Shown one piece after another: positions 1-13,634 of a stretch of 64,000 bases of DNA. Under the pieces are notes generated by a model. It was not told the DNA's origin. It ran no database searches and saw only the letters and a list, made by a program, of their open reading frames with translations. The stretch is from positions 8,316,232-8,380,231 of the forward strand of contig CM082589.2 in assembly GCA_040954595.2 (NCBI GenBank), in the 5' to 3' direction. This stretch comes from Balanoglossus misakiensis. Taxonomy: Eukaryota > Animalia > Hemichordata. The first letter of the stretch is position 1. Each line of letters opens with the position of its first letter. Position numbers and translations under genes: made by a program.

Positions 1-2009
1 ATTTATTGTGTTTTGTCTTAATTTTTTAGTATGATCTACTTTAGTATAGATGGGCGGGTTATGTCAGTGTAATATCATTTGTCTACGTTCGTCATTGGCA
101 GTCATTTCGTTTGAGGGCGCTTCTTTTCGGCTGGGTGCGGGTGTACGTGGAGGTACGGAGCGCCCTCAAACGGCTCTACCTTACAAGTTAAAATCTGCGT
201 TCTTTCATGCATGCGTCCAGCCGTCCAGATCAATACCCAGTCTCCCAGACACAATTCAACCAACTTCATTCAAACTTGGTACATTGACATGTTCATGATA
301 TGATCCAATTTGGCAGTCGAACGACAATTTTGTTGTTATATTTTTCATGTCATGAGGCATTTCTATTCGGTTTTTATTAAGATTTGGTAGAGTCAATATA
401 CACTTTTTCCTCGTGTATGGAACATGGCGATACCTATGCATATCAATTTTTGTCGTGATATGATTCAATATGGGCAACGGGTGTTTATTTTGTAGTGTGT
501 ATAATAGTAACTTCGTCACTGTTTACATTATTTTCTTTGTGAAAGCGTGGCTTTCTGTCAATGTGCAATAAGAAGAAATAAACTGAGTATGGTATCAGTT
601 CGGTAAATTCAAAATCCAAAAAAGAAATGTCCATTTCTCCTTTATAAAACATCACTAAAATAGTGCTGAAAAGTTATAATTGTGAATGTTGCCTGAAATG
701 TGGGGTCCACTGTGAACTATAACAGTTTACCTAGAGATGCCATAGAACAAACAAGTAGTTTGATCATATCATATCTATATTCAACCTGTACGGTGAAATC
801 TGCCCAAGAAACATCTCACTACATTTTGATTCATCACTACACCTCAAAGATTCGTAAGATGGGGCTGTTTATAAGAGACTTCACTGCTGTCACGGTTTTC
901 TTGATGTTTCTTGCTGTAACAGGTGGGTGGAAATTGAGTCGTTTTTGCGTCAATCTCCATGATGATCTTTGTCTAAACATCAAGACGACATCATCGTCTG
1001 TCGACAGTGTCTCACTGGATTCTATAATACACATATCAAATCACAATTTGTTCTGACGCCAGTAGTAGGTGGCCCGGAGAGAGTTCAGCGTTGAGGGAAT
1101 ATATATCTAGAGTCTGTTTTGTATCTTCAATGAAATATAACTTTTTTTCGAAATGACAATGTAAACGACATGTTGTACGGTCACAAGGGCTTGGCCATTT
1201 CGTGGATGCATTGATTTAATGTATATTATAAAATGTGTATTTTTTCCACGAAAGCAGTATTAATTTACATGTGTTTTTTCATGAAAGCAGTAAGAATCGG
1301 CGATGTGTCGAAAAAAAACCAAGGGTGAAAAAACTAAACTTTGTTGTAACATGATTAATGAATAAACAATATATCTTCCCATCACTTAATCTTATTAAGT
1401 AAATCTGTGACGTCATAATGTAAAATTTCAAAGGCTCTAAGAATTTTCGATTTGATCGTTGATTTTTCAAAATACACACATTGAATCGAATGTGATTCTT
1501 TGTCGGAGAATATTTGGTACGGTTGTGATCAACAAAGACAGGTGTTTGATGGCGATCAATTTCTGAACATTTACAGTTTGTCTGTTGCAAAGTGAACTGT
1601 ATCATTCAGTTTACATAAAGGTTTAAGTCACTTAGAGCATGGGTGTTGTTTTGAATTAACATAGGAATGTTATTAGGTAATGGGTACAGTCGCCGCCGCT
1701 TTCAATCCTGATAAACGTTCTACTGTGTAACAGAATTTTTACATGGAAATTTGAACGGTGAAACATAACACCCTGCCGTTTAATCTGGACGTTTTGATCA
1801 GGATTTGAACAATGAAGTTCTGATTCAGCGAAAGACGTTTGTGTCAACGGTTTGTCCTTTATTTACTGGCTGACACTTAGCCTCGACAACCTGAACAATT
1901 CCGTACCCTGAATATATGTGTACAACGTTGCAAAGTAACCGACCGTTGGTGGTGCTCTTCAATGCCAATACTGATTGAAAAGTGAACAAATAACATATTT
2001 CTCGATTTA

Positions 2010-2750
2010 GGGAGCATTCGTTTTTTACAGGGAGGGGGGGGGGGCCGGTGGAATTTGAGTCGCCGACTAAATGTAAAAGGCAACCCCCCCTGGAAATTAC
2101 TTTTCTAAAATGTGACCCCCCCCCCAAAAAAAAAAAAAAAGTTTATCCACCGGATTAAACTTTTCATGGACACAGCGCTCCCATGAAAAGAATTTGAAAC
2201 CGATATTTCCCCTCATCAGTGGGTATTAAAACTGAACATTGTTTTTATTTTGTAAGTATTTGTATTCTGTGTTGGGAGACATTGTAAACCGAGAATTGAA
2301 GGGGGTGGGTTTGGGAGGGGGTGTCCCCCTCCCACGTAAGAAAATTTTATAAAATACAGAGCTCAAAGCTGCATTTTAATGAACCCAGCAAAAGCAAATT
2401 AACGTCGCCGCTCAAAGTTATCATGGGGTGGGGGCAAGTCCCCTGACCTGGGACACTAGATAATCCAGTCAATGATTGAAAGGTGTTGATGAATGGAGGG
2501 GGTGGGTGTGGGAGGGGGTGTCCCCCTCCCACATTAGAAAATTTTGTAAAATAAAGGACGCGAAACTGCATTTTTGTGGACTCAAAATAAATATTTAGCC
2601 GTCAAAGTTTTCAAGTCCCCCCCCTTTCAGTCCCTATATAATAATCCCTTGATTATAAAATTTGTCCCCCCCTAAAAACTGCTTTGTAAAAGTAAACCCC
2701 CCCCCCCTGATTTCCACCGGCCCCCCCTTCTGTAAAAAACGAATGCTCCC
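2010..2750. mobile_element. PIF/Harbinger-like MITE, copy 1
   Basis: TIRs GGGAGCATTCGTTTTTTACAG...CTGTAAAAAACGAATGCTCCC, flanked by 3-bp TSD TTA (2007-2009 / 2751-2753). Near-identical inverted copy at 13635-14281. Confidence 0.85.
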
Positions 2751-3713
2751 TTATGACTTTATCTCAGCTATACTTCCTGAATTTCAACACTATGAAAGAG
2801 TTTGACCATAACCATGAGTGCTTGCATGTCTAATTTCTCGATATACTTTCCAGTTAATTCTGTAAGTTTCAACATATAAATAATCCCTGCTTCATTAAAA
2901 CAGTAACAATCTACTGGGTATTATCATTGCAGTAAATGGACAAGAAAGTAATGCTGGACCAAGTGCAGAACCTATGATACTCTACTCAACAGTGGCGTTC
3001 GTATCATTGGCCATCGTATGTCTGGTGGCTGTAATATTTGTTGTCAAGATCAGTGGAAGAAACAATTTTGCCAGACAAGAAATGGAAGAAATCAACTGAG
3101 GAAAGTAAGGGAGGACGTTGAATAGCTGTTACCACTACAAGTTACTGATGAACAATTGACTATGTGATGTTGCCATATCATATCACAGTGCTAAAAAATA
3201 ATTACAGAGTGCAGCGTCAGAAAACATGAACACTCTGATCTGCTGAAGTGCATGCATTCTTGTCCAGAGGAAATAGAATGAATGACTTATCGACTCATTA
3301 GTGCCGATTTGTGATGGAGTACTATTTTTTCAAATATGCATTGTTAGTGACACTAACATTGCATGCTGTTTTGAAGTACAACCTGTACATGGAGAAGGGG
3401 TGATTTCTTCGTGATTTTTGTTTTCTTGGGAATCAACTTGTTTTCTTGTATTTTGTATGTAACCATAGACCCTGGAGGGAGTATGATGTAACATGCTAAA
3501 GTGTCAACTGAACTGATATTTCGTCAAGTATCAGGCAACATCATTTAATTGACAGAATTAAAGCATTTCAAAGTTTATTGGAGATATTTAAAGCATAACA
3601 CATTTTTATTGAGTTGCAGCGCATGGGGTTTTAATATTTCATTGCACAATTGTGAAAGTAATACACAAAATCTGAAAGACAATAAAAAATAATCGGAAAA
3701 ACGGTTAATTTAA

Positions 3714-4069
3714 AGGGACAAAGTCTCTCTCTGGCTGCCCTTTTGTCATTACAATTTCAGTAATTATGTTTGATACAAGACACTGTGAATGTTATTCTAC
3801 ATGTGGATATATAGTGAATCAACGTTCGACCACACACAACTTCCATCTCACTTGTAGACATGAGAGTGAAAATCTCACCAAATTGAATAATCGGTGTTTA
3901 CCATTAATTCATTTTGGCGAGATTTTTACTCTTGTATCCTACAAATTGGATGGAAGTTGTGTGAGGTTGAACGATGATTCACTATATATCCACATGTAGA
4001 ATAACATAAACATTGTCTTTTATCAAACATAATTAATGGGAAAAGGGCAGCGAGAGAGACTTTGTCCCT
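3714..4069. mobile_element. TTAA-targeting MITE (Kolobok-like, AG..CT termini)
   Basis: TTAA|AGGGACAAAGTCTCTCTC ... GAGAGAGACTTTGTCCCT|TTAA, with long internal inverted arms. Partial relatives at ~19190-19395 and 61829-62045. Confidence 0.75.
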
Positions 4070-6857
4070 TTAATAGGTCACCTCTGGGAATTAATCTGCA
4101 TACCAAATTTCAGAGAATATTTTTTACCGAAGTGTTGGCTGACAGCTCAAATCTGAAGTTCCGTGCCTAATATGATAACAGAGTCTCCCAGGCTGTGTTT
4201 ATTAGGGATCAAACAAAGATTGCAGATTTTACAATAGAAATAAAAATATGGGGATAACATTTGCATTCTGCCCCATAATTTTATAATTTATTTCTTCATC
4301 ATGAGTTGCAGAAAACTTTTATCAGTATTAGGGGAAAAAACAATGCTGTGAGACACGCTGAAAATACAGGTCAAAAGTAACAAAAAGTGGTGACATTAGA
4401 AATACGACCACCCTATACAAATATGAGGGGGGGGGGGCAGGGACAATGCATATCTTGGCACCTCCACTTCCAAAAGTGAGGGGGGGGGGGGGGGCATGCA
4501 CATATGTGTTTATATTGAAATATCCACAGGAAAACATTGTGGTTTCCTAAAAAAGAAATTATAATTAGTCAATCATAGGTCACCACTTTGACCGTAATGG
4601 ACCGGGCCAAAAGCATGAATCTACTATTTATGGTGCATTATATATCCCATTCAAATATCATGAAACAGGAAATAGTCCTATGAAACAGGAAATAGTCCTA
4701 TTTGTTTTACCAGAAGAGCTGTAAAAACTTTGAAACATTAACTGTGGAATTCTAAAATATCTCCTACGCATCGAAACCTATGCATCTCGCAAATCTCCTG
4801 TTGAGTAAATCTGAGTGCATTATTCAGAATGGAAATCAATCACATACAATAAATTATGTTTTAACTGGTCAACTGCTTATTATGTATGGTGTACACAAAA
4901 GATGATGAAATACATTGTATAACTAAAACAAGAATATGCATTTCTAACAAAAATAATTCACTGGATGAAAAGTATCTAAAACAAGTCATTAGAAATAAAA
5001 CAATCCGTGCATGGTGATCAGTACATTGAATCTATGGTTATCAAAGGCAAATGGTAAAAAAAAGAATTAATTCATTGGGTGAAGTACTATTTGAAATTGG
5101 TTATACCCATTAAAATTACAGGAACATTGACGCTATTGTCTACCAAATAGTCACAAGATGGCAGAAAATCCTCCAGCCAATTGTGAGTTTAATTTAGGTT
5201 TGATTGCTAAATGGAAGTTAAGAATGTACTCTAAAACAAAGACAAAAAAAATGCACACATCATGATGAAAATCTTCACTAAGAATTTGCTTGTCAATGCA
5301 TCTCAATTCACTCACAACAGTTACAGCGATATAACTTAGAATGCACGCTTGTCAGCAGGAATGTTTACAGCACGTTATTATTATTATTTCATTTTGTTTG
5401 TTCACTATTGACACCTTCTGTTAAATTGTTCTGTATTCAAAATGATCTGGAATGTGATTGTCATGGATTGGCAGTTGCATGATTACTACATTGTATGTGA
5501 GATGCACGAAACTCCAAGTAGCAAATGCATGTTCTAATCAAACAAGCAACTCTGTACATTCTATTATTGAGCACTCTACTCTAGCAGTTCGTATAAACTG
5601 GATTTTACCCAGGGCCGTTATATAGAAAAAGGTTACATTGTATAGAGTACATGTGGAGCTAATTAACCGCCCAGGGCCGTTAATTGACAGAAAAATTTAT
5701 CTACCATTTAGCTAAATGTAGAAGTATATTTTAGTTGACACTCATTGAAATCATTGAAATGATGATAAGTCATTTTTATATTGTGTTAGAGTCGGCTATG
5801 AGTTCAGTCAAGATTGACCAAGAAATGTAGCAACTTTGGGCAACTCCTTGATGCTTTCCTTGACTTTTTTTCAGTGGATTGGTCAAAGTGAAATGCCACT
5901 GACCAAGTCCAAAGTGAAACAGAAATTCTAAATAATGGCCCACCCCCCATATAACCGCATGTGGGCGCCTTTTCGGGTGGGCCAACTCTCAGCAAAATCT
6001 GGAAATATGTATGGAATCCCTCACTATATGTTGTTGAGAATTAAAGTCTCTATGCTAGTACTATGCTAACTTAGTATCTATTAAAACCTCACAAACACAC
6101 TTTCTACACAATATAAACTGAATATGTCTGTAAAGTTTCAGAATCTGCTCAATGTATTACACAACAGTCAGTCCACTATAAGAACAATATCTATTCCGCC
6201 TTTCAAAATTCAAGTGCTGTACTTTCAGAAGTTTATCACTAACAAGACAAGCATACTGGCGGCCGATTTAGCTTCATCAGGATACTTTGTATTGTTAAAA
6301 CAGCTAACGGTTTAATTCGAGAAGAAATGGAAGATTTTTTTCTGAGACATGTCAGTAAGTCTGACTTGGATGCCCTGCACTAACTACAGATGTGCATATT
6401 TGACCAAAAATGGCAAATATTGCCTCACTATACAACATGCTGAATCTGCTGCAATTTGATCCCAGGATCTCAAAACAAAAGGAAAAACAGAAGCTGAGAA
6501 GAAGTCAATTGTTGACCAACAAACAAACTGAAAGTTAAATGACAAATGAAGGAAAACAGTCAACCAATCTGATAAGCTCCATGTCACTGACAGTGGAGGT
6601 GAAAAATCATTAGATATGTACAAAAACTCTTAATTTAAAAGCATATATACATAGGATATCTCTCAGAAGAATACAGTTGCTATGTCAACAAACAACCCAT
6701 GTCATTTTGAGGGCAATACATTGTTATAATCAGGCAATTAGCAAAAAGCTGATTAATTATCTAGTAATATGCAGAGTTCTGGTGGGATGAGTTTGCCTAG
6801 TCATGGTTAATTAATTTCTGCCAATCTCATCCATTTAGTTTTTGAATCTTGACTTAA

Positions 6858-7042
6858 AGGTATATGGTCACCTATGCAAATATAGCTTTAGTTACCATGG
6901 CAAATAGAGATTTAGCCAATCACAGATTTTCAGTGGGTGGCACACGCGAAAAAAAGAGCGCCACCATATGTTCTTTAAAACGCTCAAATATGCCATTTCT
7001 GACATATATGGGCGGATGTAAATTGGAGGTGACCGTATACCT
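6858..7042. mobile_element. TTAA-targeting MITE (Kolobok-like), family 2 copy 1
   Basis: TTAA|AGGTATATGGTCACCT ... AGGTGACCGTATACCT|TTAA. Further copies at 48422-48603 and 52853-53038. Confidence 0.8.
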
Positions 7043-10000
7043 TTAAGTCTTAGGTCGCCAACCATCCATAACATACATTCGTATCTTCTTCGCCTGAAGT
7101 TTGGTGATATTCAGTTCTTGAACAAGGCTACTGTAATCACCTTCTTCTAACAAGGATTTAAACATCTGCCCATCCACTTCATTTTCTATGAATTTTCCGA
7201 CGGCTTCTTCCGTAACATGTATCTCATCGCGCAGAAAAGTGGCGACTTGTTGAACAGTCATGTGCTCTACTGGAAATGGTTTCTTGGGCTGAAAAGTAAT
7301 ACAAAAGTGAGTCTCTAAGGTCAGTGAATTTGATCATGTAAAGTTCACATCGAAAAAAAGACCATATAACAGTGTTTCATCTAGGCGGGGGGGGGGGGGG
7401 GGGAGATTCACCCCCTGGTGCCCCTTAAAATGATGTCACTCACATGTTGTTGGAGATATTACAGTCTCCTTGCTAGAGTGGAATCCCCCAAATATTCTGG
7501 CATACCCCCCCCCCCCCCTTGATGCCATCTTGGAAGAAACACTAATATAAACTTCATCATCTACATCAATAAAAGTCAACATGCAACTTGTCACTTTGTG
7601 CGGCTGCAGTTTACATGTACTGGTTCATGGCGATTTTGTCCAAATTTCACATCTTGAGACAAGTTGGTCCATCTGTCCTATGCTGATGTGTTACACACAG
7701 CACGGTGAAGGTCATGCCTATAGACACCACCCATTGTGCCAAAAAATTTGACTAAAATTGGAGTCAATCTTGTCGATATTATTTACACAGCCATGATAGG
7801 TATTTGGGATCCTGAGATTAAGAAGTGTCCTATCACTGGGAGTGCCTGTTTCCTTTATGACTACTAATGGCCAGCAATGTTTTGATGATAAATCTAATAT
7901 CTTGAATAGTAAAAAAATAGTTTAAAACATATTTCATGAACTCCTGCATATATAATCATAGTGTAATTTATCACCATTTTGATCAGTTATTTGAAAAAGT
8001 AATCAAGCTGCATCTATATTGAGATGGTCATATAGCGCCCTGTGTGGTAGACCGGTATGCAGGATGATGCCTGGGGGGGTGGGGGGGGGGGGGGGGGGTG
8101 GAAGGGATCAACATGCGCAGTGGGACGAACCGGGGTTAGACTTCTGATGTTGTGTTTGGTGTGTACATGACGTTGGTGGAGTCTCATGAATATAAATCTC
8201 CAGTAGAAAACTAGCCGGTGTCTGTTGCAGTGTCAATATGTTATTTCACATTTGAAAGAAAAAAATGACAAATGACCTTCATATAATGAACGGTTTACCT
8301 GTGGCAGAGAAGCCTGGGTCAAAGGTTGCAAAGGGGTGAAGTTTTCATACACATCTGGCTTGTTATGGCCACTTGCTTTCTTTATTATGTTATCGTATGA
8401 GCCCTGTGTGAGGTTCTGCTGTAGAGAAACAAATAATTATTGTCATTTAAATGTTTAAATCTACAAAATAACCGAATTTGATGCATAATGCAGAGTAAGG
8501 CTGCATTCACAAACACCTCGGAGAATTGAGGGGGGAGATTTGAAAAAAATTTGGGTTGTGTACATCGGGAAATTTGAAAAAAAGTGGGTAAAAAATTTGA
8601 ATTCTGTATCCATGCAGTGTTTATCAAACTCTCTGTCAACATTTATTGAGAACAGGGGCTTGAAGTAATTTAGGCAATGTAGTGACAAATAAGAGTTGTA
8701 ACAGCACTGTACATTTCTAACAAAGATCAACAAGTTCATCGCATTTTATCCTGTATAGTAAACTATTCACAGCCAAACAATATATTATTACAATGTGCAC
8801 AATACACCAAGTTATAACAGTAAATAAGAAGTAATTAATTGTAAACACATTGTATCATTTTAATGATGATGGTGAACCCAGGGTATTTAAGAAATATATA
8901 AATACAATCCTACCTGGTTTTCGTGAGTTCTCTGCGTAATAATCGTCTTTCTTGCATGATGAAGATCCTCTAAAAAATAATTTAAAAAAAATTAAAGCTG
9001 TAAGCAGTATTTTAGGGGCTGAAGCAGATTGGAGCAAATAGCAACATTATTGGTCTCCAACAAAACAAGACTTCAGGAACTAATGGTTAGCCTAGAATTA
9101 AGTATGCAAATATTTTTAAAAAAAGGCACCAATGGCTCTTGACCACAACTGGCATATTATTCACAGTGACTACATGTACTAGTAAGACTTTTCAATAGTC
9201 TATAATCCGGACTTGTAGGATTTTTTTTTTTTTTTTTTTTTACACTGCTCACCCCCACACAAGTCTGGATTCTAGACTATAACTTCAGGTGCTGTCACTA
9301 TCTGATCTCTGTTATTCATCGGAATGGTCCTTGTTATTCTATCTCCTTTATTGTTCCAAATAAATTTGAAAACAATATAATCTATTTCATCCATAGTTTC
9401 ATCTGGCAGGTTGGTGAAAACATAAGACCAGTAATCAAGAGGTTGTATCATCCTGTTAAATAGTGTAACTGATAAAATACATGTTTACTAACTAAATTGT
9501 AGATTTTCAATGACTTCTAAAGTTGATTATGTTCGATTAATAATTTACAATTGACACAATACCTGGGATTAATTCATAGTCATCATCATCAAATTCATGA
9601 ACTTCATAAGTAGTAGGGTTTGGTTCTGTAAAAATAAAAACATTCTCATTTTAGCACAGGGTTGAGTGGTGGGGGGAGGGGTGGTGTTGTTTAAAAGGGA
9701 TTTGAAATATACACAAAAAGGATGACAGCCATGAAGTTATGCAAGAAAATGCCCTCCAATGTTTCATAGCAAAGTATTGATTCTGTGCTAATCTGTGTAT
9801 TCACATAATATTATAATAAGTAATGTTTTAACTGAAACACAACGATCAAACCACAATGCTCACATTTGATCAAACATTTTATGCTTAAAGTGTGATTATA
9901 TATCAGCTATATCTGGATTCATACTTTATCATTTTCCGACACACACTCACAAGGGCAACTGTAACACTACATTAAAACCCCATGAGTTGCAACTTTTGGG

Positions 10001-11888
10001 ATAATTATCATAATTTATTTTCAAACTGTACTACTATCAGCCCATACGGATGTATGCACTGAACTATATACAAGTATTATAAACCCTAAGTATGAGTGTA
10101 TATGCAAGTTTATCCAGACAAATAATAATTATAACCTCTGCCATTGTAAACTACAATGAGAATGTTGCATTTCCTCTTTGAAACTTCATAAACAAAGCAT
10201 GATCTCATCCACTAAAACACATGGAAGTAAATGTACTGCACTGAGACACTACATTTTCATTTTTCATTGCAGTTTTTATAATTGCTGGAAATTTCAACTG
10301 TACTGATATTTCTTCACTTTTGAGATCTGAGATCTTTAAATATGAGAAAGACAGTTTGGTTTTAAGTAATTTAGCTAAATATAACTTTTGTTTTACCAAA
10401 AGTGGCCAAAATGGCATTTTTGTCTTGAATAGGTCAAGCAGACTGCTTTTATGGAATCAACACCATTTTTAACATACAATGGACTTCTCAAACCTTCCTT
10501 ACCTAAAATTCTGATTTCAACATTTTTTTCTAAGTGGAAGCAAACAATGAAGCAAAATAATCTTTCACATATGTGCACCACGTGTGATTCTTTTCATATT
10601 GTTTGTACTTTGCACCAGACAAGCCTTTGCCTGGTGCCTTTTTCTTTATGATTCAAATTGCATTAATTAAACCCAACAATGAAACCCCTGTTTTAGTAAG
10701 TTTTAAAAAATCGTGCTAATAAATAATACATATTTTTTCTTGAAAAAAAATATGATAAAAGCTACCATATATTTAAAACCCAGCTATGTAGAACTTCTCC
10801 ATCAAACCTATAAAAATGCATTGATATGCAAATTAGTTTTAAAGAACACTGCCCTAAATTACCAGAAAATGGCAGTGATATATTAATAGGGACAAGTTGC
10901 CGTAATAACAAAACCAGAGGGGCATTTAAACGTGTCTAGTAGCGAATAAATAATAAGTGAGGTGGATGTACTTACTACTGGGTCTGGGAGGAAGCTTGGG
11001 AGGGTTACCTCCATTTGTTGGGCTGTTTGGAGGTTCCAATGGCATGGGCTTCTTTGCACGGTCGATGATGGGTGGGACTGGTGCTTTCCCGTCGATTTTC
11101 GGATTTGGTAAAAGTTGTCCCGTCGGTCTCGACACCTGGCTCTTTGCGATGATGATAGCTTCAGCATTTAAATACTCTGCCTCGCCTGGTCGGTAAACTG
11201 TGGGTCTTTCATAATATTCCAAGTAGGGTATGCTGCACATTTCTCCAACTTCGATATTGGGCAGTTCGAACTTGTTGACGATGAGCTCGTAGTCGTCATC
11301 TTGCTCGGCGACCTGAAATTCAACTTCCACACTGAGAGTCATGATGCACATGAACCTTTTGCCGTTCACTTTGGTGCTGGCAATCAGGTATGTATCGGTC
11401 ACCTCTTTCTCCAAGGTGAAAATACTGTCCTGTCCGCCGAGTTCCTGCAGCATCTGATGAGTCGCTCTGTCGAAGTTCACAAACTTTGTTCTTACAGGAA
11501 GGGTGAAGTCGGTGAGAAGTTCATCTACTTTGTATTCGTTATCTGATCGAACCATATGAGCCTGTCTTCCTGTGGGGATAACTGCCAGAGTGCCCTGGAA
11601 ACTTTTCGGTATGGTGATTTTTTCATTTGTATTTCCGGGTCCAGTGCAAACAGACGCCAGTATTTTGTTCTCTCTGCGTATGCCGTGGACTTTGTAGACG
11701 TCGCCCGTGGAGAAAGAACTTGCATCGCTCACGCCGTAGATGCCTTCACATACCCGAACTATGTGTGGCAACGACTGCTCGTACTCCTTCACGAATGTCT
11801 CCGGATCGTAGTGTTCTTCGGACCATTCTAGCTGTTCCGCCAAAACCTCGTCCTCGTAGCTCCCCGGCTCTACTACAGCTCCAGCCAT
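7043..11888 (-). CDS. CABIT-domain, proline-rich, C-terminal SAM adaptor protein (GAREM/THEMIS-like), ~465 aa, 5 exons
   Basis: Exons 11888-10976, 9625-9563, 8969-8914, 8418-8299, 7288-7043, all GT-AG and phase-consistent (1,1,0,0). CABIT-like start (SLPHIVRVCEGIYG...ITIPKSFQG...FTLPVRTKF), PPKLPPRP, Tyr motifs DDYEL, YDNI and YENF, and SAM (MTVQQVATFL...FIENEVDGQMF...ELNITKLQAKKI). Confidence 0.82.
7370..7544. mobile_element. hAT-like MITE with CAGTGTTT termini
   Basis: CAGTGTTTC...GAAACACT(a) flanked by ATATAA on both sides (7364-7369 / 7545-7550). Related inverted copy at ~53906-54119. Confidence 0.55.
9196..9279. mobile_element. Small TAG..CTA foldback element (Academ-like MITE, degenerate)
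   Basis: TAGTCTATAATCCGGACTTGT ... ACAAGTCTGGATTCTAGACTA. No clean TSD. Confidence 0.4.
9975..10290 (+). repeat. Diverged copy of the TTAA element at 40160-41316 (empty-site paralog of a Crypton insertion)
   Basis: Aligns by eye to 40170-40263 joined directly to 40921-41170 (…GAACTATAtACAAGtATTAT|AAACCCTAA…TGATCTCATCCACT…CATGGAAGTAAATGTAC). Boundaries approximate. Confidence 0.7.
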
Positions 11889-12497
11889 TGTTGTTGTGTT
11901 GTTTATGACATGTACCCTGACATGCACCCTGGGTGTGTGAAAATGTCACGTACGGAGTGAGTGCGGCTAGCGCCATCCGCGCCGGATAGCTGCTGAAGGC
12001 CCGGCCAGATTAGCCTTACCTGGTACGGTCCCTAGCCTGGTCACCATGCATATACCCAGTGTGTTTTAGATAGACTCGCACACAAGCTACCTGGTCCCAA
12101 TCAATATCAATATCTTACAATCAATATCTGAATTGTTCAAGATCTGTTTACGTACGCAACGTCAGACTAGCAATTCCCTCATAGCTGATTTGGATATATG
12201 GCAAATTCAATACATTATCAATGAAAGAGATCTGAAATCAAAGATTAAAAGAAAGATACCATTCTAATCCCATAACACAAGATTATCCAAACTAGGCCTA
12301 AATTCGCGAAATGTATAAAAACAATTAAGAGGTGACTGAAAATTGACAATTTGATTCATAGGCCCCTTCTGATATTTCTAGTTTTAGGAAAGGCGTAAGC
12401 CTGCGGAAACAAGAATGGGAAACTTACATTAATTTTATTTGATAAAGCGACAAGTCAAAGAATTCCCTGGAAAATGATAGAAGTTCTTCTAAAATTA

Positions 12498-12775
12498 GGC
12501 CAAATAAAAAAATATGTGATGTTCCGATTACCCGACCTACCCTAATTTTAGCCCGCCGACCCTAAACTTTTTAGAGCTTAAAATAAACCGGAAAAAACGA
12601 TGTCAACAATACTAAATTTATGAAAATTGCGAGAAAAACGCAACAACTATGATGTCATTCTTCTACACTACGGCGGCCAAAAATAAAAAAATATTGCAAA
12701 AAAATCTTTCCCAGCTTACCTTCCTTATTTTTGAAAACCATGTAATCAGAAAAGCATGTATTTGTTTATTTGGCC
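12498..12775. mobile_element. Harbinger-like MITE with GGCC termini
   Basis: TTA|GGCCAAATAAAAAAATATG...CATGTATTTGTTTATTTGGCC|TGA. Inverted relative at 17235-17628. Confidence 0.7.
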
Positions 12776-12850
<75 letters not shown>

Positions 12851-12915
12851 TGATGATGATGATCATCATCATGATGATCATCATCATGATGATGATCATG
12901 ATGACGACGACGACG
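12776..12915. repeat. (TGA/GAT)n trinucleotide microsatellite grading into CAT/GAC variants
   Basis: Direct inspection. It explains the poly-M/D/H/I ORFs. Confidence 0.95.
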
Positions 12916-13081
12916 AGTGCCTGGCAACGGCCAACCCTGACCCTGAGTGACTACCAGGTTGGCGGAAGTAGCCGGATATGGGATCTTGAAGACGACGACC
13001 AAGACGGGGTGGTAACGGTAACTTGTAACGCAACCAATCAGGGGGGAGAAGCTGTTGCCATAGAGACACTAAGTAAAGAGT
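12916..13081 (+). pseudogene. Orphan 3' half of an immunoglobulin-domain exon
   Basis: …AWQRPTLTLSD…DGVVTVTCNATNQGGEAVAIETLSKE resembles Ig F/G strands (C-x-A-x-N-x-x-G) and ends at a phase-1 GTAAGT donor. The 5' part is replaced by MITE + microsatellite. Confidence 0.45.
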
Positions 13082-13634
13082 GTAAGTATAAAACAGGGGT
13101 CAATGGCAAGGGATACTTGAGTTTATTCCAGGTATGACGCCATCATACCCAGAGTGACCTAAACGGATAAAAATCACAGCAATTCACACTAATTTGAGGT
13201 TGGCAAAATAGCATAAATGTACTTCTATAGCGATGTCTGTTTTCATCGCATAATCATTGAGATTCAGACTTGCATTCACATTTACATAGGTAAAATCCCG
13301 ACACCAGTTTATTGACTAAAAATATGATCATATTAATGCGTACGATTATTGTTCAATCGAGTCGCTTAAGTTCGTGAGAGACTGGAATATGTAATGATTA
13401 TCCCGAGACGACGATCAAAGATAGAAGACACAATCTACTGTCAATTGCATCGCGTCACCTCAAAGCTTACAATTTCCCAGATAAAGAAAAATGCAAGGGT
13501 CTTGTAGTGCTCCATCATAACCCTTTTACTTATGTGGAAGCGTTAAATAAAAACGTTGACGCTGTTGATATTAATAAGCGAAATGCTCATCTGTCAGATG
13601 TTGACGGGTGGGTTAAAACGTAAGAGGCACGTAA

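Noticed and set aside
1-52. Possible Helitron 5' end (TCTATACTAAA on the minus strand)
   Set aside because: Only a short motif at the window edge; no 3' hairpin/CTRR end can be checked.
1656-1975. Possible minus-strand exon (VLALKSTTNGRLLCNVVH…)
   Set aside because: No recognisable homology or partner exons, so it cannot be supported.
2347-2571. 74-aa ORF duplicated at 13813-14037
   Set aside because: Lies inside two copies of a non-coding MITE; its conservation reflects recent transposition.
12649-13002. Poly-Met/Asp/His/Ile ORFs
   Set aside because: Translations of the (GAT)n microsatellite.
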